The notes under the pieces: generated by a model | Told to the model about the DNA's origin: nothing | What the model saw: only the letters and a program-made list of their open reading frames with translations | The model's database searches: none | Shown here: positions 39,235 through 53,924 of the stretch, in pieces | Numbering within the stretch: position 1 is the stretch's first letter | How the letters are laid out: every line of letters begins with the position of its first letter | Assembly: GCA_951406725.2 (NCBI GenBank) | Contig: OX597834.1 | Coordinates: 15,872,001-15,936,000, forward strand | Direction: 5' to 3' | Length of the DNA: 64,000 nt | DNA from: Octopus vulgaris | Taxonomy: Eukaryota | Translations under genes and position numbers: made by a program

Positions 39235-40248
39235 TTGTATGTATATGTTTGTGTGTCTGTGTCCCCCCCTACCCAAAATTGCTTGACAACCGGTGCTGGT
39301 GTGTTTATGTCCATGTAACTTAGCGGTTCGGCAAAAGAGACCGATAGAATAAATACTAGGCTTACAAAGAATAAGTCCTGGGGTCAATTTGCTCGACCGA
39401 AGGCGGTGCTCCAGCATGGCCGCAATCAAATGACTGAAACAAGTAAAAAAGTGTGTGTACATATATGTGTATGCATATGTATGTCTACATATGTGTGTGT
39501 GTGTATGTGTACTTATACGTGTGTATGTGTACATATACATGTATATGTGTGTATGTGTACCTAGGGCTATAATTGATTTATATGCCAGTTAATTCCGAGT
39601 AAATAAATGCAAATTCTTTTTCTCTTATTGTGTATTTTGCTTGACACAGTTTTAGCAGTGACATTGTTTATATACACCATAAACAAAAACAGCTGGAATG
39701 GTGAAACAGCCGAAGACAGGGAAGAGCAAAGGTTGAAAATGGGAGGGGCATCCAGTTATAGGATGCTATTTATACATATGAGTGTGTATATACATATATA
39801 TATATATATATACATTTTTATATACACAGAAACACATGCATGCAATATGAACATATCTATGTGTGTGTATATGTATATATAACAACTACATAATATGAAC
39901 TTATACATACACATATATACATGTGTGTATATGCACAGATGTGTATACGTGTGTATATGTATGTGTATTTAGAAAGATATATACGCAAAGCACAAACAAA
40001 AATATTGGCAAACATTACAAACAAAAACAAACACAGAACAAAGACACGAGGAACAAACATTTCCTGTTTCCCCACACCAACCTTCATATGATATATATAT
40101 ACACATATATAAAATAAGATATAGATGTATATATATATTGTATAAAGAATACATGTGTTGTGTGTGTAAGCTAATAAAAATGTAAAAACACAAGGAATTA
40201 AGTGAAGGAAAGAAAGAAAGAAAGAGAAAAAGAAGGAATGAAACTTAC

Positions 40249-40304
40249 TTTTTTTGCATTAAATATTGGAAATTTATCTTTGCGTTCATGTATTTCTGGG
40301 CCAA
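40249..40304 (-). CDS. MAP3K7: TAK1/MAP3K7-like exon ([18 protein letters not shown] + split K)
   Basis: Acceptor ttcttatctattccag and donor gtaagt; 56 nt, phase 0/2. Aligns to TAK1 MAQEYMKVQTEIALLLQRK, and the phase fits both neighbours. Confidence 0.85.
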
Positions 40305-40400
40305 CTGGAATAGATAAGAATGTGTATATTAATGTGTGTATATAACATATATATACATATATTCATACATATATATATATACATACATATATATATATAT

Positions 40401-40514
<114 letters not shown>

Positions 40515-40518
40515 TATA

Positions 40519-40549
<31 letters not shown>

Positions 40550-40564
40550 CATATATATACATAC

Positions 40565-40616
<52 letters not shown>

Positions 40617-41160
40617 GTATGTATGCATATGTAAAACTATATACATGTAATATACAATATACGTACACATCAAACATATCATACAAGATATTCAACATGA
40701 ATATTTATATATAGATATTTATACATATATAATAGTGTGTGTGTGTATGTATGCACGCACACACACACACACACACACACACAGCCTGTTAAAAATAAGA
40801 TATAACTTGAAGAATACAGAAAAATCCCAAACAATAAAGATTCTGCCGGAAGTTGTACATGTTCGTGTGTGTGTATGTATGTGTGTTTCATGAACATTTG
40901 TGCATGCTTACGATCGTATGCTACGATCACACATGCATGCACACACACATAGATATATGAAGATGTGAGAGCGTGTGTGTGTGTGTCAGTGCAAATGTCT
41001 ATGTATATACATAAGCATGGATGCATATGTGTGTGTGAGTGCATCATCATCATCATCGTTTAATGTCCGCCTTCCATGCTGTATACATATGTATATATAT
41101 ATACATATATATATATACATATATATATATATATCATATATAGACATATACATGAATACC

Positions 41161-41204
<44 letters not shown>

Positions 41205-41265
41205 CAGACACGCACACATATATATATACATACACACACACACATATATACACACACACATATAT

Positions 41266-41313
<48 letters not shown>

Positions 41314-42060
41314 CATATATACACATATACATTAATACCTATATATATATATATATATACACATATATACATGCACACATATATGTATTTGTATGCATGC
41401 ATACATGAATATATACATGTGTGTGTGTGGGGTATATATATATATATATATACACACACACATATAAATCACAACAAAAGCTTTAAATACTAAGGAAATT
41501 GCATATATTAATAGAAAAAAAACAACCACTTAAGGCTCTCTTTTTATGTTTTTTTCTAAAACATATTTGTTTCCTTTTGCAATTTTTAATTATCTTTGTT
41601 GTTATATTTATTACTATTATTATCGGTGTTGCTATTGTTATTGTGATTGTTGTTGTTGCTGCTGTTTGTTTGTTTGTTTGTTGAACTGGGTTTGTATTTT
41701 GCATTTTTTTTTATTGTTTCCTCTCTTTGGTTTTTGGCTTTTGTTCCAGAAACGAAAAAAAAAAAGAAAAGAAAAGAAAAAGAAAAAAAAAAAACCAGAG
41801 TGAGGAAAACATGAGAGAGATTATGTAGAGGGTAGAGAGGGCAAAAGGAGTAGGGGCAGGTGGTGGAAATTAAAGAGAGATAAATATGAAGATCAAGAAG
41901 TAGAGGGAGAGAGCTTGTATGAAATTAACTCTGTTGAAAGAAATGGAGAGCAGTAGAGATGCAGAAGTGATGAAGGAAAACAGGGAGAGAGTTTGAATCG
42001 CAAATTATAATGTGTGGGAAAGATAATTGATGTGAACATGTGAGGTGAAGGCAGAACGTA

Positions 42061-42103
<43 letters not shown>

Positions 42104-43045
42104 TATATATATATGTGTGTGTATATGCATGTGTATGTTCATATATATATATATATATATGTATGTATACAGAAAAAGTATAAGCATAAAGTGCAGTTTA
42201 ACCATCTGTTGCTTACACTTGTTTCGTTGTTTCATTATTGCTGTTTTTTACATCCTCTGCAGTGGGTGCTTAGTGGAAGATGCTCTATAAGCAGTACTAG
42301 ATTCACCAGTAAATCATACAGTCAATTCACACAGGAAACACTGTGTGTGTGTGTAATCCCATACTGTACAGTGGTTGGTGTTTGGAAGGGCATCCAGCTG
42401 TAAAAACCATGCCAAAACAGGCCTTACCAGTGCTGATGCTACGTAAAGAGCACCCTGTCTGCTCTGTAAGGTGGTTGGTGTTAGGAAGGGCATCCAGCCG
42501 TGAAAAGTCTGCCTAAACAGACAGCGAAGCCTGGTGCAGTCGTCTGCCTAGCCAGCCCCTATCAAACCATCCATCCCACGCCAGCAAGGGAAATGGACAC
42601 TGAATGATGATGACAATTATTTATATATATTGTTTTACTTGTTTCAGTCATTTGACTGCAGCCATGCTAGGGCAATGCCTTTAGTTGAGCAAATCGACCC
42701 AAGGACTTAGTTTTTGTAAGCCTAGTACTTATTCTATCGGTCTCTTTTTTTGCCGAACCACTAAGTTACGAGGATGTAAACACATCAACATCGGTTGTCA
42801 AATAATGGTGGGAGAAGAAACACAGGCACACAAACATATAGATATATATATATGACAGGCTTCTTTCAGTTTTCATCTACCAAATCCACTCACAAGGCTT
42901 TGTGAGTGGATTCATATCTATATTTATTTATTTATTTACTTGTTTCAGTCATTTACACACACACACACACATATATATATCACATGGAAAGAGATGAGGA
43001 CACACACACACACACACAGACACATTTGTGTAAGCGTGTATGTAA

Positions 43046-43092
<47 letters not shown>

Positions 43093-44708
43093 TTTGATGT
43101 TCCCCCACTACTTCTGCTCAATGTCGAGATGCACATACCATCAGCCACAGAAGGATATGCTCAACAGGTTAAGGTCAAACAACTGACAAGCAAATCTGTG
43201 GTATTGAGCAGAATATTTGCTGTAGCCCATCTTTTATACCAAGACAAAACAATTATTATCATTATTATTATCTCACCAAAACCAGGTGAGATGGTATGAG
43301 AGCGGTTGCTACGGCACTGAGGTAGATCCGGCCACCCCCGTTAACGGAGACAAAACTTGATTCAAAATGATCTGAGTGTATATATATGCGCATGCTCATA
43401 CACAAACAAACATTTGTGTGCGTGCGTGTATGCTCTCTGAATAGTATTTCTCTCTCTTTCTCAGCAGCTTCTGTGAAAATTCACTTAGGCAGGTAACAGC
43501 CATGTTCAACACAGTGGCTCATTGAACTTCTCATATTCTGCCCAATTTCTAAAGAAAAGTGCATCAACCGAGAACTGTAAGTTTCAGCTAATCAATAATT
43601 ATTATTTCTGCTATTTCCTTTTTCATTAAGGGCACATCCCTAACTGCTGGCATTTGCATTTATGCTCTCTGATCACAAAGCGTGGTCTTCTCTCTCTCTC
43701 TCTCAACGCAGCTGCTTCTGTCAAGAGTCACTGAGATGGCCAACAGCCATGTTCAACGTGGTGACTCATTGAGCTTGGCAGGTTATCGTTGTGATGCTAA
43801 TCCAGCCGAAAGCTTGAAGAACTTACTTGAAACCACGCAGGAGAGCAGAAACTCTGAATAAAAATCCACAAGAAGCAGCAAAGGCAGGCCACCGACAATT
43901 TGGAGTAAAAACTGACACAGTATAGACAAAGGGACATTTTGTTCTTGTCAAGCAATGGCTTTAGTGTGGGTGGCATGTCATCATCATCATCGTTGTCATC
44001 ATCATTATCATCACCACCACCACCACCACCACCACCACCATCATCATCGTTTTATTGAAAGTCCACTTCTCTGTGACTTCTCTGTGCTTGCATGGGTCAG
44101 ACGGTATAATGTGGAGACAGGTTTTTCTACAGCCAGATGGCCTTCCTGTAACCAACCCTTATCTGTTTCTATGCAAGGTTCACATTTTCCCCACCATGGA
44201 AGACAGGAAACAAATGACACCACTTGTTTAACAGTAATGCTCATTTACAATTATTGGACGATGTCGCGATGAGTACACATAAATACATACTAGCATGTAC
44301 AAATGTATGTACATACAAACATAACATATGCATATGTGATAGGCTTTTTTTTCAGTCTCTCTCTATCAAATCCACTCTTAAGGTTCTGGTTGGCCCATGT
44401 TATAGCAGAAGATACTGCCACACAGTGGGACTGAACCCAGGACCATGCGGTTGGTAAGCAAGCTACTTACCACACAGCCACTCCTGCACCTATGTATATA
44501 ATATATATATATATTTATTTATCACGTGATCATGTAACTGACCAGGCTCCCAGATGTTGTTACACATCACTGGTCAACTGGTGACAAAGCATTTTTTTGC
44601 ACTTTTAGCCTCCAAATGACGCCATGTGTTTCCTATTATAGCCTGGGGCCGACCAAAGCCTTGTGAGTAGATTTGGTAGATAGAAACTGAAAGAAGCCTG
44701 ATGCCTGA

Positions 44709-44760
<52 letters not shown>

Positions 44761-45072
44761 ATGTATATATATATATATATATATAAGTATATATATATAT
44801 ATGCATATATATATATATGCATATATATGTGAGTTTTTGTATGCATATGCATGTGTCCCCAACATCGCTTGACAACCGATGCCAGTGTGTCCCCGTAACT
44901 TAGCAGTTCGGCAAAGGAGACTGATAGAATAAGTACTAGGCTTACAAAGAATAAGTCTTAGAGTCGATTTGTTTGACTAAAGGCGATGCTCCAGCATGGC
45001 CGCAGTCAAATGACTGAAGCAAATAAAATAAAAAAATAAAGAGATAAAAATAAAAACGTATATACACACACG

Positions 45073-45130
<58 letters not shown>

Positions 45131-45419
45131 CAATTTCCAATCTAAATATATATTTTTAGCAACTTTCTACCCAACACATGACCAAAGAGAGGATTCGTAA
45201 AATGAGGAGAGACAAAAACAATGAGATAAAGCAAAGCAGAAAACAAATCGGGAAGACAAATATTTTTATCGTCATTTAATTAAAACAAGTGTCGACTGTT
45301 TTGTCTGCAAAGTTCCAGGAAAAGAACTGAACGCAACCAGAACTGTTTAAGCAATTTACCTATTGAGAATAGCTTGGGAAAAAGAAAGAGAAGAAAAGAA
45401 AAACTGATAATGACGGCAG

Positions 45420-45890
45420 TGGAGGAGGAGGAGAAGAAGAAGAAGAAGAAGAATTGGAAGGAGAAGAAGAAGAAGAAGAAGAAGAAGAAGAAGAAGAAAG
45501 TGATGAAGAAGAAGAAGAAGAAGGAGAAGGAGGAGGAGAAGAAGGAGGAGGAGAAGAGAAGAAGAAGTAGGAGAAGCAAAAGAAGAAGAAGAAGAAGGAG
45601 GAGAAGAAGAAGAGGAGGAAGAAGAAGGAGAAGAAGAAGAAAAGAAGGAGAAGAAGAAAAGAAGAAGAAGAAGAATTGGAAGAAGAAGAAGAACAACAAC
45701 AACAACAACAAGTAGAAGAAGAATTGGAAGAAGAAGAAGAAAAGAAGAAGAACGAGAAGAAGAACGAGAGAAGAAGAAGAAGAAGAAGAGAAGAAGAAGA
45801 AAAAGAAGAAGTGATGAAGAAGAAGAAAGTGAAGAAGAAGAAGAAGAAGAAGAAAACAACAGCAACGATGATGATGATGATGATGATAGG
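45420..45890. repeat. (GAA/GAG)n purine tract
   Basis: Read directly from the sequence. Confidence 0.95.
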
Positions 45891-46079
45891 AAGAGTGAAG
45901 TGGCACAGGAGGCGTGGAGGTGGTGGTGGTGGTGGTGCCAGAGATAATCTCTAGTTAGCCTCGGTCGTATTGATTGGTGATTACTTTGTACGCAAACCTG
46001 CCTTTGAATGAAATGGATTTCTGCAAATAGATTTCCCGACTAGTCATTAGTTGGCATGTAACAAGTTAGCAGAACGGCC

Positions 46080-48780
46080 GCCGACACCAACCCAACCCCG
46101 ACCACCACCACTGCCATAACACAACAACAACACTGCACTATGACAGATGCACCACCAACAACAACAATATAAGCCAATGGCAATACCATGTCCACTACCA
46201 CCACCACCATAACACAACAACAACAACACTGCACTATGATAGATGCACCACTGCCGCCGCGGCCACCACCACCACTACAACCAACAACAACAACAACAAC
46301 ATAAGCCAATGGCAATACCACGACCACTACCACCAACACTACCACCTCCACTAATAACAATAACAAAAACAATGCAGTTATGAGAACAACTGCCAGCGCT
46401 GTAACAGCAGCAACAACAACCACCGACACCACCGGAAGCAGAGTCATTACTATTCATACTACCACCATGACTGGCACCACATCCAACCCCATCGCCATCA
46501 CTGATACTACAGCCACCATCATTCTCACCACTGCCACCACTACCATGAACCCCGCCATCTCTAACTGGGACCACTAGCACCGCCAATACCACTGCTACAT
46601 CTACCATCAGCAACTGATACCTCAGCCACCATCATCATTGTCATCACCACCGCTGCTGCCGACCCTGGTGATACCACTGCCAATACCTCGCTCACCACCA
46701 TCATCACCACCACTGATCAACCGCCAACACCATCACCAACAGACACCTTCGTCACCCACCACCATCACCATTACCACCAATCAAACTCCAATACCTATTT
46801 CTTTACTACCCACAAGGGGCTAAACACAGAGAGGACAAACAAGGACAGACAAACGGATTAAGTCGATTATATTGACCCCAGTGCGTAACTGGTACTTATT
46901 TAATCGACCCCGAAAGGATGAAAGGCAAAGTCGACCTCAGCGGAATTTGAACTCAGAATGTAACGGCAGACGAAATACCTATTTCTTTATTACCCGCAAG
47001 GGGCTAAACACAGAGAGGACAAACAAGGACAGACAAACGGATTAAGTCGATTACATAGACCCCAGTGCGTAACTGGTACTTAATTTATCGACACCGAAAG
47101 GATGAAAGGCACAGTCGACCTCGGCGGAATTTGAACTCGGAACGTAACGGCAGACGAAATGCTACTAAGCATTTCGCCCAGCATGCTAACGTTTCTGCCA
47201 GCTCGCCGCTCCAATACCACCACCAACACCACCACCACCACCACCACCACCACCACCACCACCAACATAATAACTACCGCCAACAGCACCATCAACACCA
47301 CATCAGTACCATCACAACCACCACTACCACTCACTCACAGCACCACCAACACAATAACTGCCAACACCACCACTACCACCAACCGCCGTCACCACTGCCA
47401 CTATCACCACCACCATCACCACCAGCATAACAACTACCGCCAACGACACCATCACCACCACCGCCACCCACTCACAGCACCACCAAGACAACAACTGCCA
47501 ACGATACCACCACCACCACCACTGCTGCTGCTCCTAGCGCCATCGGTGCAAATTGCAGAGAAATTTCTGTCGGATTCTTCAAACGAACAAAGCAGTGAAG
47601 CGACAAAGCTGCGAAGATGCTAAAAGATGGTGCGACTTACTTAACCTGTCTCCGCTCTTACAATCTGCGGTTCCACGTTAAAGTTAATATTAGCCGCTGT
47701 AACGACGCCAGGGCTTAAGTGAATGCCAAGAACTTGAAGGCAGGTGAGGGATCTAATCAACACCAGCATCATCATAATCATCATTATCTTAAGCACCACC
47801 AACACTGCCACAACCATTATCATTGCCACCACCGTCACCAGCATCATACTACCACCATTATCACTGCCATCGCCTCCAACACTGCCATCATCATCATCAC
47901 AACCATCATCATCATCATCACAACCATCATCATCATCATCACAACCATCGTCATCATCATCACAACCATCGCCATCATCATCATCACATACACCACAACC
48001 ATCATCATCATCATCATCATCATCACAACCATCATCATCATCATCACAACCATCGTCATCATCATCAGCTCTACTGCCACTAGACTCCACCATCACCACT
48101 ACCATCATCATCATCATCATCATCAGAACCATTATCATCAGCTCCACTGCCGCCGCCGCCATCAAAACTACTACTATCATCGACTCCACCATCACCACCA
48201 CTTCCACCAATTTTTACTACCACCATCGCCATCATCATCACAACTACCATCATTAGCATCATCACCACCACCACCACCACCACCACCACCACCACCACTC
48301 CTACCATCATCAGCTCCACTGCCACCACCATCATCACTACTACTACCATCGGCTCCACCACTACCATCATCATCAACTCCACCATCACCACTACCATCAA
48401 CTTCACCACCACAGCCAACACCATCATTATTTCCGCCAACTTCCTCAACACCATCACCAACGCCCTCACTGTTATAATCAGCATCTCTATAAAATTCATC
48501 ATCATCATCATCAACATCACCACCACCATCATCATCAACTCCACCATCACTACTACCATCATCTTCACCACCACAGCCAACACCATCACCAACACCCTCA
48601 CTGTTATAATCAGCATCTCCATAAAATTCATCATCATCATCATCATTAACTCCACCGTCACCACCACAGCCAACACCATCATTATTTCCGCCAACTTCCT
48701 CAACACCATCACCATCCATAAAATTCATCATCATCATCGTCATCATCACCACCGGCAGCAGCAATCACCGTCAAGCCCCC
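46080..48780. repeat. (CAC/CAT/CAA)n low-complexity region with internal block duplications
   Basis: Read directly; duplicated blocks at 46110-46340 and 48370-48730. Confidence 0.9.
46796..47208 (-). mobile_element. Nin/Deu-like SINE tandem dimer
   Basis: Two units; TSD ctccaatacc at 46786-46795 and 47209-47218. Confidence 0.9.
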
Positions 48781-49155
48781 GGTCACCTTGTCTCTCACCT
48801 CTCAAAGAATTATCCAAATCACATAACGCACAGTAAATAATTAATAAACATATTTTACAATATAACATGACATATTTAACCTGTTCACTCACAAATATAA
48901 ACTGATTTATTATTGTTGTTGTTGTTGTTGTTGTTGAGCTACCAGAACTGTTAGCATGTTGGACTAAGTGTTTAGCAGCTTCTTTTTCTTTTCTGCTCTT
49001 TACGTTCTGAGTTCAAATGCCGCAGACGTCAACTTTGCCTTTCACCCTTCCAGGGACAGTAAAATTAAGTACCAGTTGAGTACTGGGGTCCATGTAAGCG
49101 ACTGGCTCCCCCCCCCCCACGCAAAATTTAAGGTTTCGTGCTTACAACAACAACA

Positions 49156-49359
49156 ACAGCGGCAGGAGGAGGGCGGAGAAGAAGAAGAAGAAGAAGAAGA
49201 AGAAGAAGAAGAAGAAGAAGAAGAAGAAGAAGAAGAAGAAGAAGAAGAAGAAGAAGAAGAAGAAGAAGAAGAAGAAGAAGAAGAAGAAGAAGAAGAAGAA
49301 GAAGAAGAAGAAGAAGAAGAAGAAGAAGAAGAAGAAGAAGAAGAAGAAGAAGAAGAAGA
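49156..49359. repeat. Perfect (GAA)n microsatellite of about 200 bp
   Basis: Read directly from the sequence. Confidence 0.98.
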
Positions 49360-49364
49360 TTCTT

Positions 49365-50018
49365 TTCAGCTATCATCTAATGCTTTCCCGATCATTCTGA
49401 CCGTGCCAAGGAGGCAGATCTTTTGTAACAGGTCAACTGGGTCCTCTCTATTCTAATTTCCTTTTCAATCCCCTTGAAGCCTTTTGGTACTGTCCCCAAA
49501 GACCCAAAAATAATTGGCACTATCTTCACCATCTTCATTTTCCATAGCTGGGCTATTTCGTACTTAAGAGGCTTGCATTAATCTACTCTTCTGCTTTTCT
49601 TCTTGACTATTCATGGGTCAAAGAGGCATGCAACATCAACTATACGGCACATGTGGTTCATCTTGTCAACCACCACTAGGTTCGTTCTGTTATGCCCTAG
49701 CACCTGAGCTGTTTGGATTGGGAGATCCCAGAGGATTTTGCTAGTCTCCGACTCTGCCTCTCTCTACGGTTCATGCTCATACCACGTCTAGCCTCTCTCT
49801 CTCTCTTTACTCTTTTACTTGTTTCAGTCATTTGACTGCAGCCATGCTGGAGCACCGCCTTTAGTCGAGCAAATCGACCCCAAGACTTATTCTTTGTAAA
49901 CCCAGTACTTATTCTATCGGTCTCTTTTGCCGAACTGCTAAGTGACAGGGACATAAACACACCAGCATCGGTTGTCAAGCAATGCAAGAGGGACAAACAC
50001 AGACAAACATATACACAC

Positions 50019-50049
<31 letters not shown>

Positions 50050-50345
50050 CATATATACGACAGGCTTCTTTCAGTTTCCATCTACCAAATCCACTCACAA
50101 GGCTTTGGTCGGCCTGAGGCTATAGCAGAAGACACTTGCCCAAGATGCCACGCAGTGGGACTGAACCCGGAACCATGTGGTTGGTTAGCAAGCTACTTAC
50201 CACACAGCCACTCCTGCGCCTCTAGCCCTCATTTTTCGCACAGTTTCCAATGTAGCACTTTCACTACCTGATCATGTTGCCCCAACTTATAGAGGTTTCT
50301 GGCAAGTGTAGGGCATTCGTTCGTGATATGGGCAATGGTACTGTC
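49365..50345 (-). mobile_element. R4/Dong-like non-LTR retrotransposon C-terminal fragment (zinc knuckle plus restriction-like endonuclease)
   Basis: Minus translation IAHITNECPTLA..HDQVVKVLHWKLCEK..KILWDLPIQT..HNRTNLVVVDK..IVDVACLFDP..LKYEIAQLWKM..IVPIIFGSLGTVPK..LLQKICLLGTVRMI; split by a SINE. Confidence 0.85.
49794..50220 (-). mobile_element. CORE-type SINE nested in the R4/Dong-like fragment
   Basis: TSD tctagcc at 49787-49793 and 50221-50227. Confidence 0.9.
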
Positions 50346-51256
50346 CACTCTATTACAGATGCAGCACAGCAGAGGCACTTGCTCATTCTTAAGGTTCACT
50401 CCCCCCCCCCCAGTTCATTGCCAAAGCTTGGTCTTGTGCTGCCAATATAATGCTCTCTCAGTCTCTTTTTTTAGGGTTCCTTTCTTCAGCAGCCAGTCTC
50501 ACCTATGTTTTCCAGCAACCTCTGCTCTGTTGTGGCTACAGGGAATTAAATTGCATAGTCTCTTGTCACATAATGTTTCTTCATGTCCTTTTTGTACCGC
50601 TTTCTTTCTTTTTCCCTTTTTCTCTGCTTTCAATACTTCCACATTCCTAACTGGCACCACCACCACCACCACTAGCATAACTACCTATTTCTTTATTACC
50701 CACAAGGGGCTAAACATAGAGGGGACAAACAAGGACAGACATAGGTATTAAGTCGATTACATCGACCCCAGTGCATAACTGGTACTTAATTTATCGACCC
50801 CCGTAAGGATGAAAGGCAAAGTCAACTTCGGCGGAATTTGAACTCACAATGTAACGGCAGCCGAAATACCGCTAAGCATTTCGCCCAGCGTGCTAACGTT
50901 TCTGCCAGCTTACTGCCAACAACACCACCACTACCAATCAACCTCCACCATCCAACACTTGTGTTGCCACCGCCAATCAATCTCCAACACCACCACCACC
51001 AACAACAACACCTTTGTCACCACCACCACTACCCACTCCCAGCACCACCAACACAACAACTGCCAGCTAGGTATCTCAGTAAGCTCCCGAGTTCAATACA
51101 TATGCACCAAAACTGACCTCACCTGTGTGAGTACCACGTAAAAAGCACTCAGCCCAATCTGTGGAGTTGTTGGTGTTAGGAAGGAGCATCCAGCCATAAA
51201 AACCTGGCCAAGACAGACACAGAAGCATGATGCAGGCTCCTGCATGACCAGCTCCT

Positions 51257-51854
51257 ATTTCTTTACTACCCACAAGGGGCTAAACACAGAGAGGACAAAC
51301 AAGGGCAGACAAACAGATTAAGTTGATTATATCGATCCCAGTGTGTAACTGGTACTTAATTTATCAACCCCGAAAGGATGAAAGACAAAGTCGACCTCAG
51401 CGGAATTTGAACTCAGAACGTAACGGCAGACGGAATACCTATTTCTTTACTATACACAAGGGGCTAAACACAGAGAGGACAAACAAGGGCAGACAAACGG
51501 ATTAAGTTGATTATATCGACCCCAGTGCGTAACTGGTACTCAATTTATCGACCCCGAAAGGATGAAAGGCAAACTCGACCTCGGCGGAATTTGAACTCAG
51601 AATGTAACGGCAGACGAAATACTTATTTCTTTACTACCCACAAGGGGCCAAACACAGAGAGGACAAACAAGGGCAGACAAACGGATTAAGTCGATTATAT
51701 CGACCCTAGTGCGTAACTGGTACTTATTTAATCGGCCCCGAAAAGATGAAAGGCAAAGTCGACCTCGGCGGAATTTGAACTCAGAACGTAGCAGCAAACG
51801 AAATACCGCTAAGCATTCCGCCCGGTGTGCTAACGTTTCTGCCAGCTCGCCGCC
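51257..51854 (-). mobile_element. Nin/Deu-like SINE tandem trimer nested in a Meta-like SINE
   Basis: Three units; TSD tg(a/g)ccagctcct at 51245-51256 and 51855-51866. Confidence 0.9.
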
Positions 51855-53460
51855 TGGCCAGCTCCTGTCAAACCGTCCAACCCATGCCAGCACGGAAAGC
51901 AGATGTTAAACAATGATGGTGATATTGTTGATGCCCATTGTCATCTCAATTGCATCATTTCGGACTCTTTGCAGCCACTTGATGTCAAGTATTTTGCTTA
52001 AGCATGTGAACTGCAAGGCTGTGTGATATCATTAATTGAGTTTATAATGAAATATCCCACGGGCCCCTTACAAGTGTTATACGATCGACATCAACTTTTG
52101 GTTGATCATCGTACATTGCCAATCTATTTAAACCTAAATTTCCTCCTCATCTCCCATCAATATCCGCCCCACCACCCATGAATCTTTTCCCCTCTATCGA
52201 CCCAATAATGTTTTTTATTTTTATTTTTAATTAACTGTTTAAACGACTGCAAGGAGCTGTTACTAATGGGATGATAATTTTTCGCACTATTAACCCCTGA
52301 TCTACATTTGTTTTAAATAAGAAATTAAACATTTTATTTTTTCTTTTATTTTTATTATTATTTTATATATGTTCTTGTAATATTTATACCTACGCTTGTA
52401 ATAATGGAACGCTTAACGAAGATTAGAGAATTCAACCAATTGAAATGTAACATAGATAATAGAAACAGTAAAAAAAAAATAAAGATGTTTCCCTCATTAA
52501 CAAAGTGTTTAATTATCTGGAAAATTGTAATTTTGTTTCCCTTTTTCTCTTTTCCTCATTTATCCTTTGTTTTAGTCACTGGATGTGGCCATGCTGGAGC
52601 ACCACCTTGAAGGGTTTTCTATAGTCAAACCCCACCGCCACATCCACTACCATCCCGGTAATTTTTTTTTTTAATAAATAAAAGAAAATGTTCGGCTCTT
52701 ATTCTATTGGCTCCTTTTGCTGAACGACGAATTTGCAGGGATGTAAACAAACCAACACCAATCATCAAGCAGTGTTCACACATACACACACACACACACA
52801 GAGTTTTCTGTCTCCCAAATCTCCTCCCAAGGCATTGGTCACCCAAGGCTATAACAAGACTTGTCCAAGGCGCCATGCAGTGGGATTGAACCTGGAACCA
52901 TGTGGCTTGCAAAGCAAGCATCTTAACCCACGTACCCATGTCTGCACCTATATACTATTCTGTGTGAAGGCACATGTCCTAATGGTTAAAGTGCTAAGTT
53001 CACAACCTTAGGGGTCATGGGCTCAATTTCTTAATTGGGTAGTGTGTTAAAACCTTCATTAACCCTTGATTAACCTGTGACGGTGCATGGCTCAGTGGTT
53101 AGAGTGTTGGGCTCACAATCATAAGGAACAGAGTTTGATTCCTGGACCGGGCTGTGTGTAGTGTTCTTAAGCAAGACACTCTATTTCACGTTGCTTCAAT
53201 TCACTCAGCTGTAGAAATAAGTTGTGACACCACAGGTGCCAAGCTGTATCGGCCCCTTTTCTTCTCCCTTGGATAACATCAGTAGTGTGGAGAGGGGAGG
53301 CTGGTATGCATTGGCGACGGCTGATCTTCCATAAACAACCTTGCCCAGACTTGTGTCTCGGAAGAGATCTTTCTAGGTGCAATCCCATGACCAAAGGGAG
53401 GCTTTACCTTTACCTCCAGCCCTTTAGCATTCAGATTACTCTGTCAAATGTAATGCATAT

Positions 53461-53684
53461 TTACTCTTTACTCTTTTACTTGTTTCAGTCATGTGACAGT
53501 GGCCATGCTGGAGCACCGCCTTTAGTCGATCAAATCAACCCCGGGACTTATTCTTTGTAAGCCTAGTACTTATTCTATCGGTCTCTTTTGTTGCTTGCCG
53601 AACCGCTAAGTTACGGGGACGTAAACACACCAGCACCGGTTGTCAAGCGATGTTGGGAGGACAAATACAGACACACAAACACGC

Positions 53685-53739
<55 letters not shown>

Positions 53740-53885
53740 TACGATGGCTCAAAAGGCTTTGGTCGACCTGAGGCTATAGTAGAAGACACTTACCCAAGGT
53801 GCCACGCAGTGGGACTGAACCCGGAACCATGTGGTTCGTAAGCAAGCTACTTACCACACAGCCACTCCTACGCCTATATATATAC

Positions 53886-53924
<39 letters not shown>

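Noticed and set aside
39607-39882. ORF with a signal-peptide-like hydrophobic start
   Set aside because: The T-rich start explains the hydrophobicity, the ORF runs into microsatellite, and no homolog is recognised.
45280-48764. Poly-K/E/H/S/D ORFs
   Set aside because: Trinucleotide low-complexity tracts, open on both strands.
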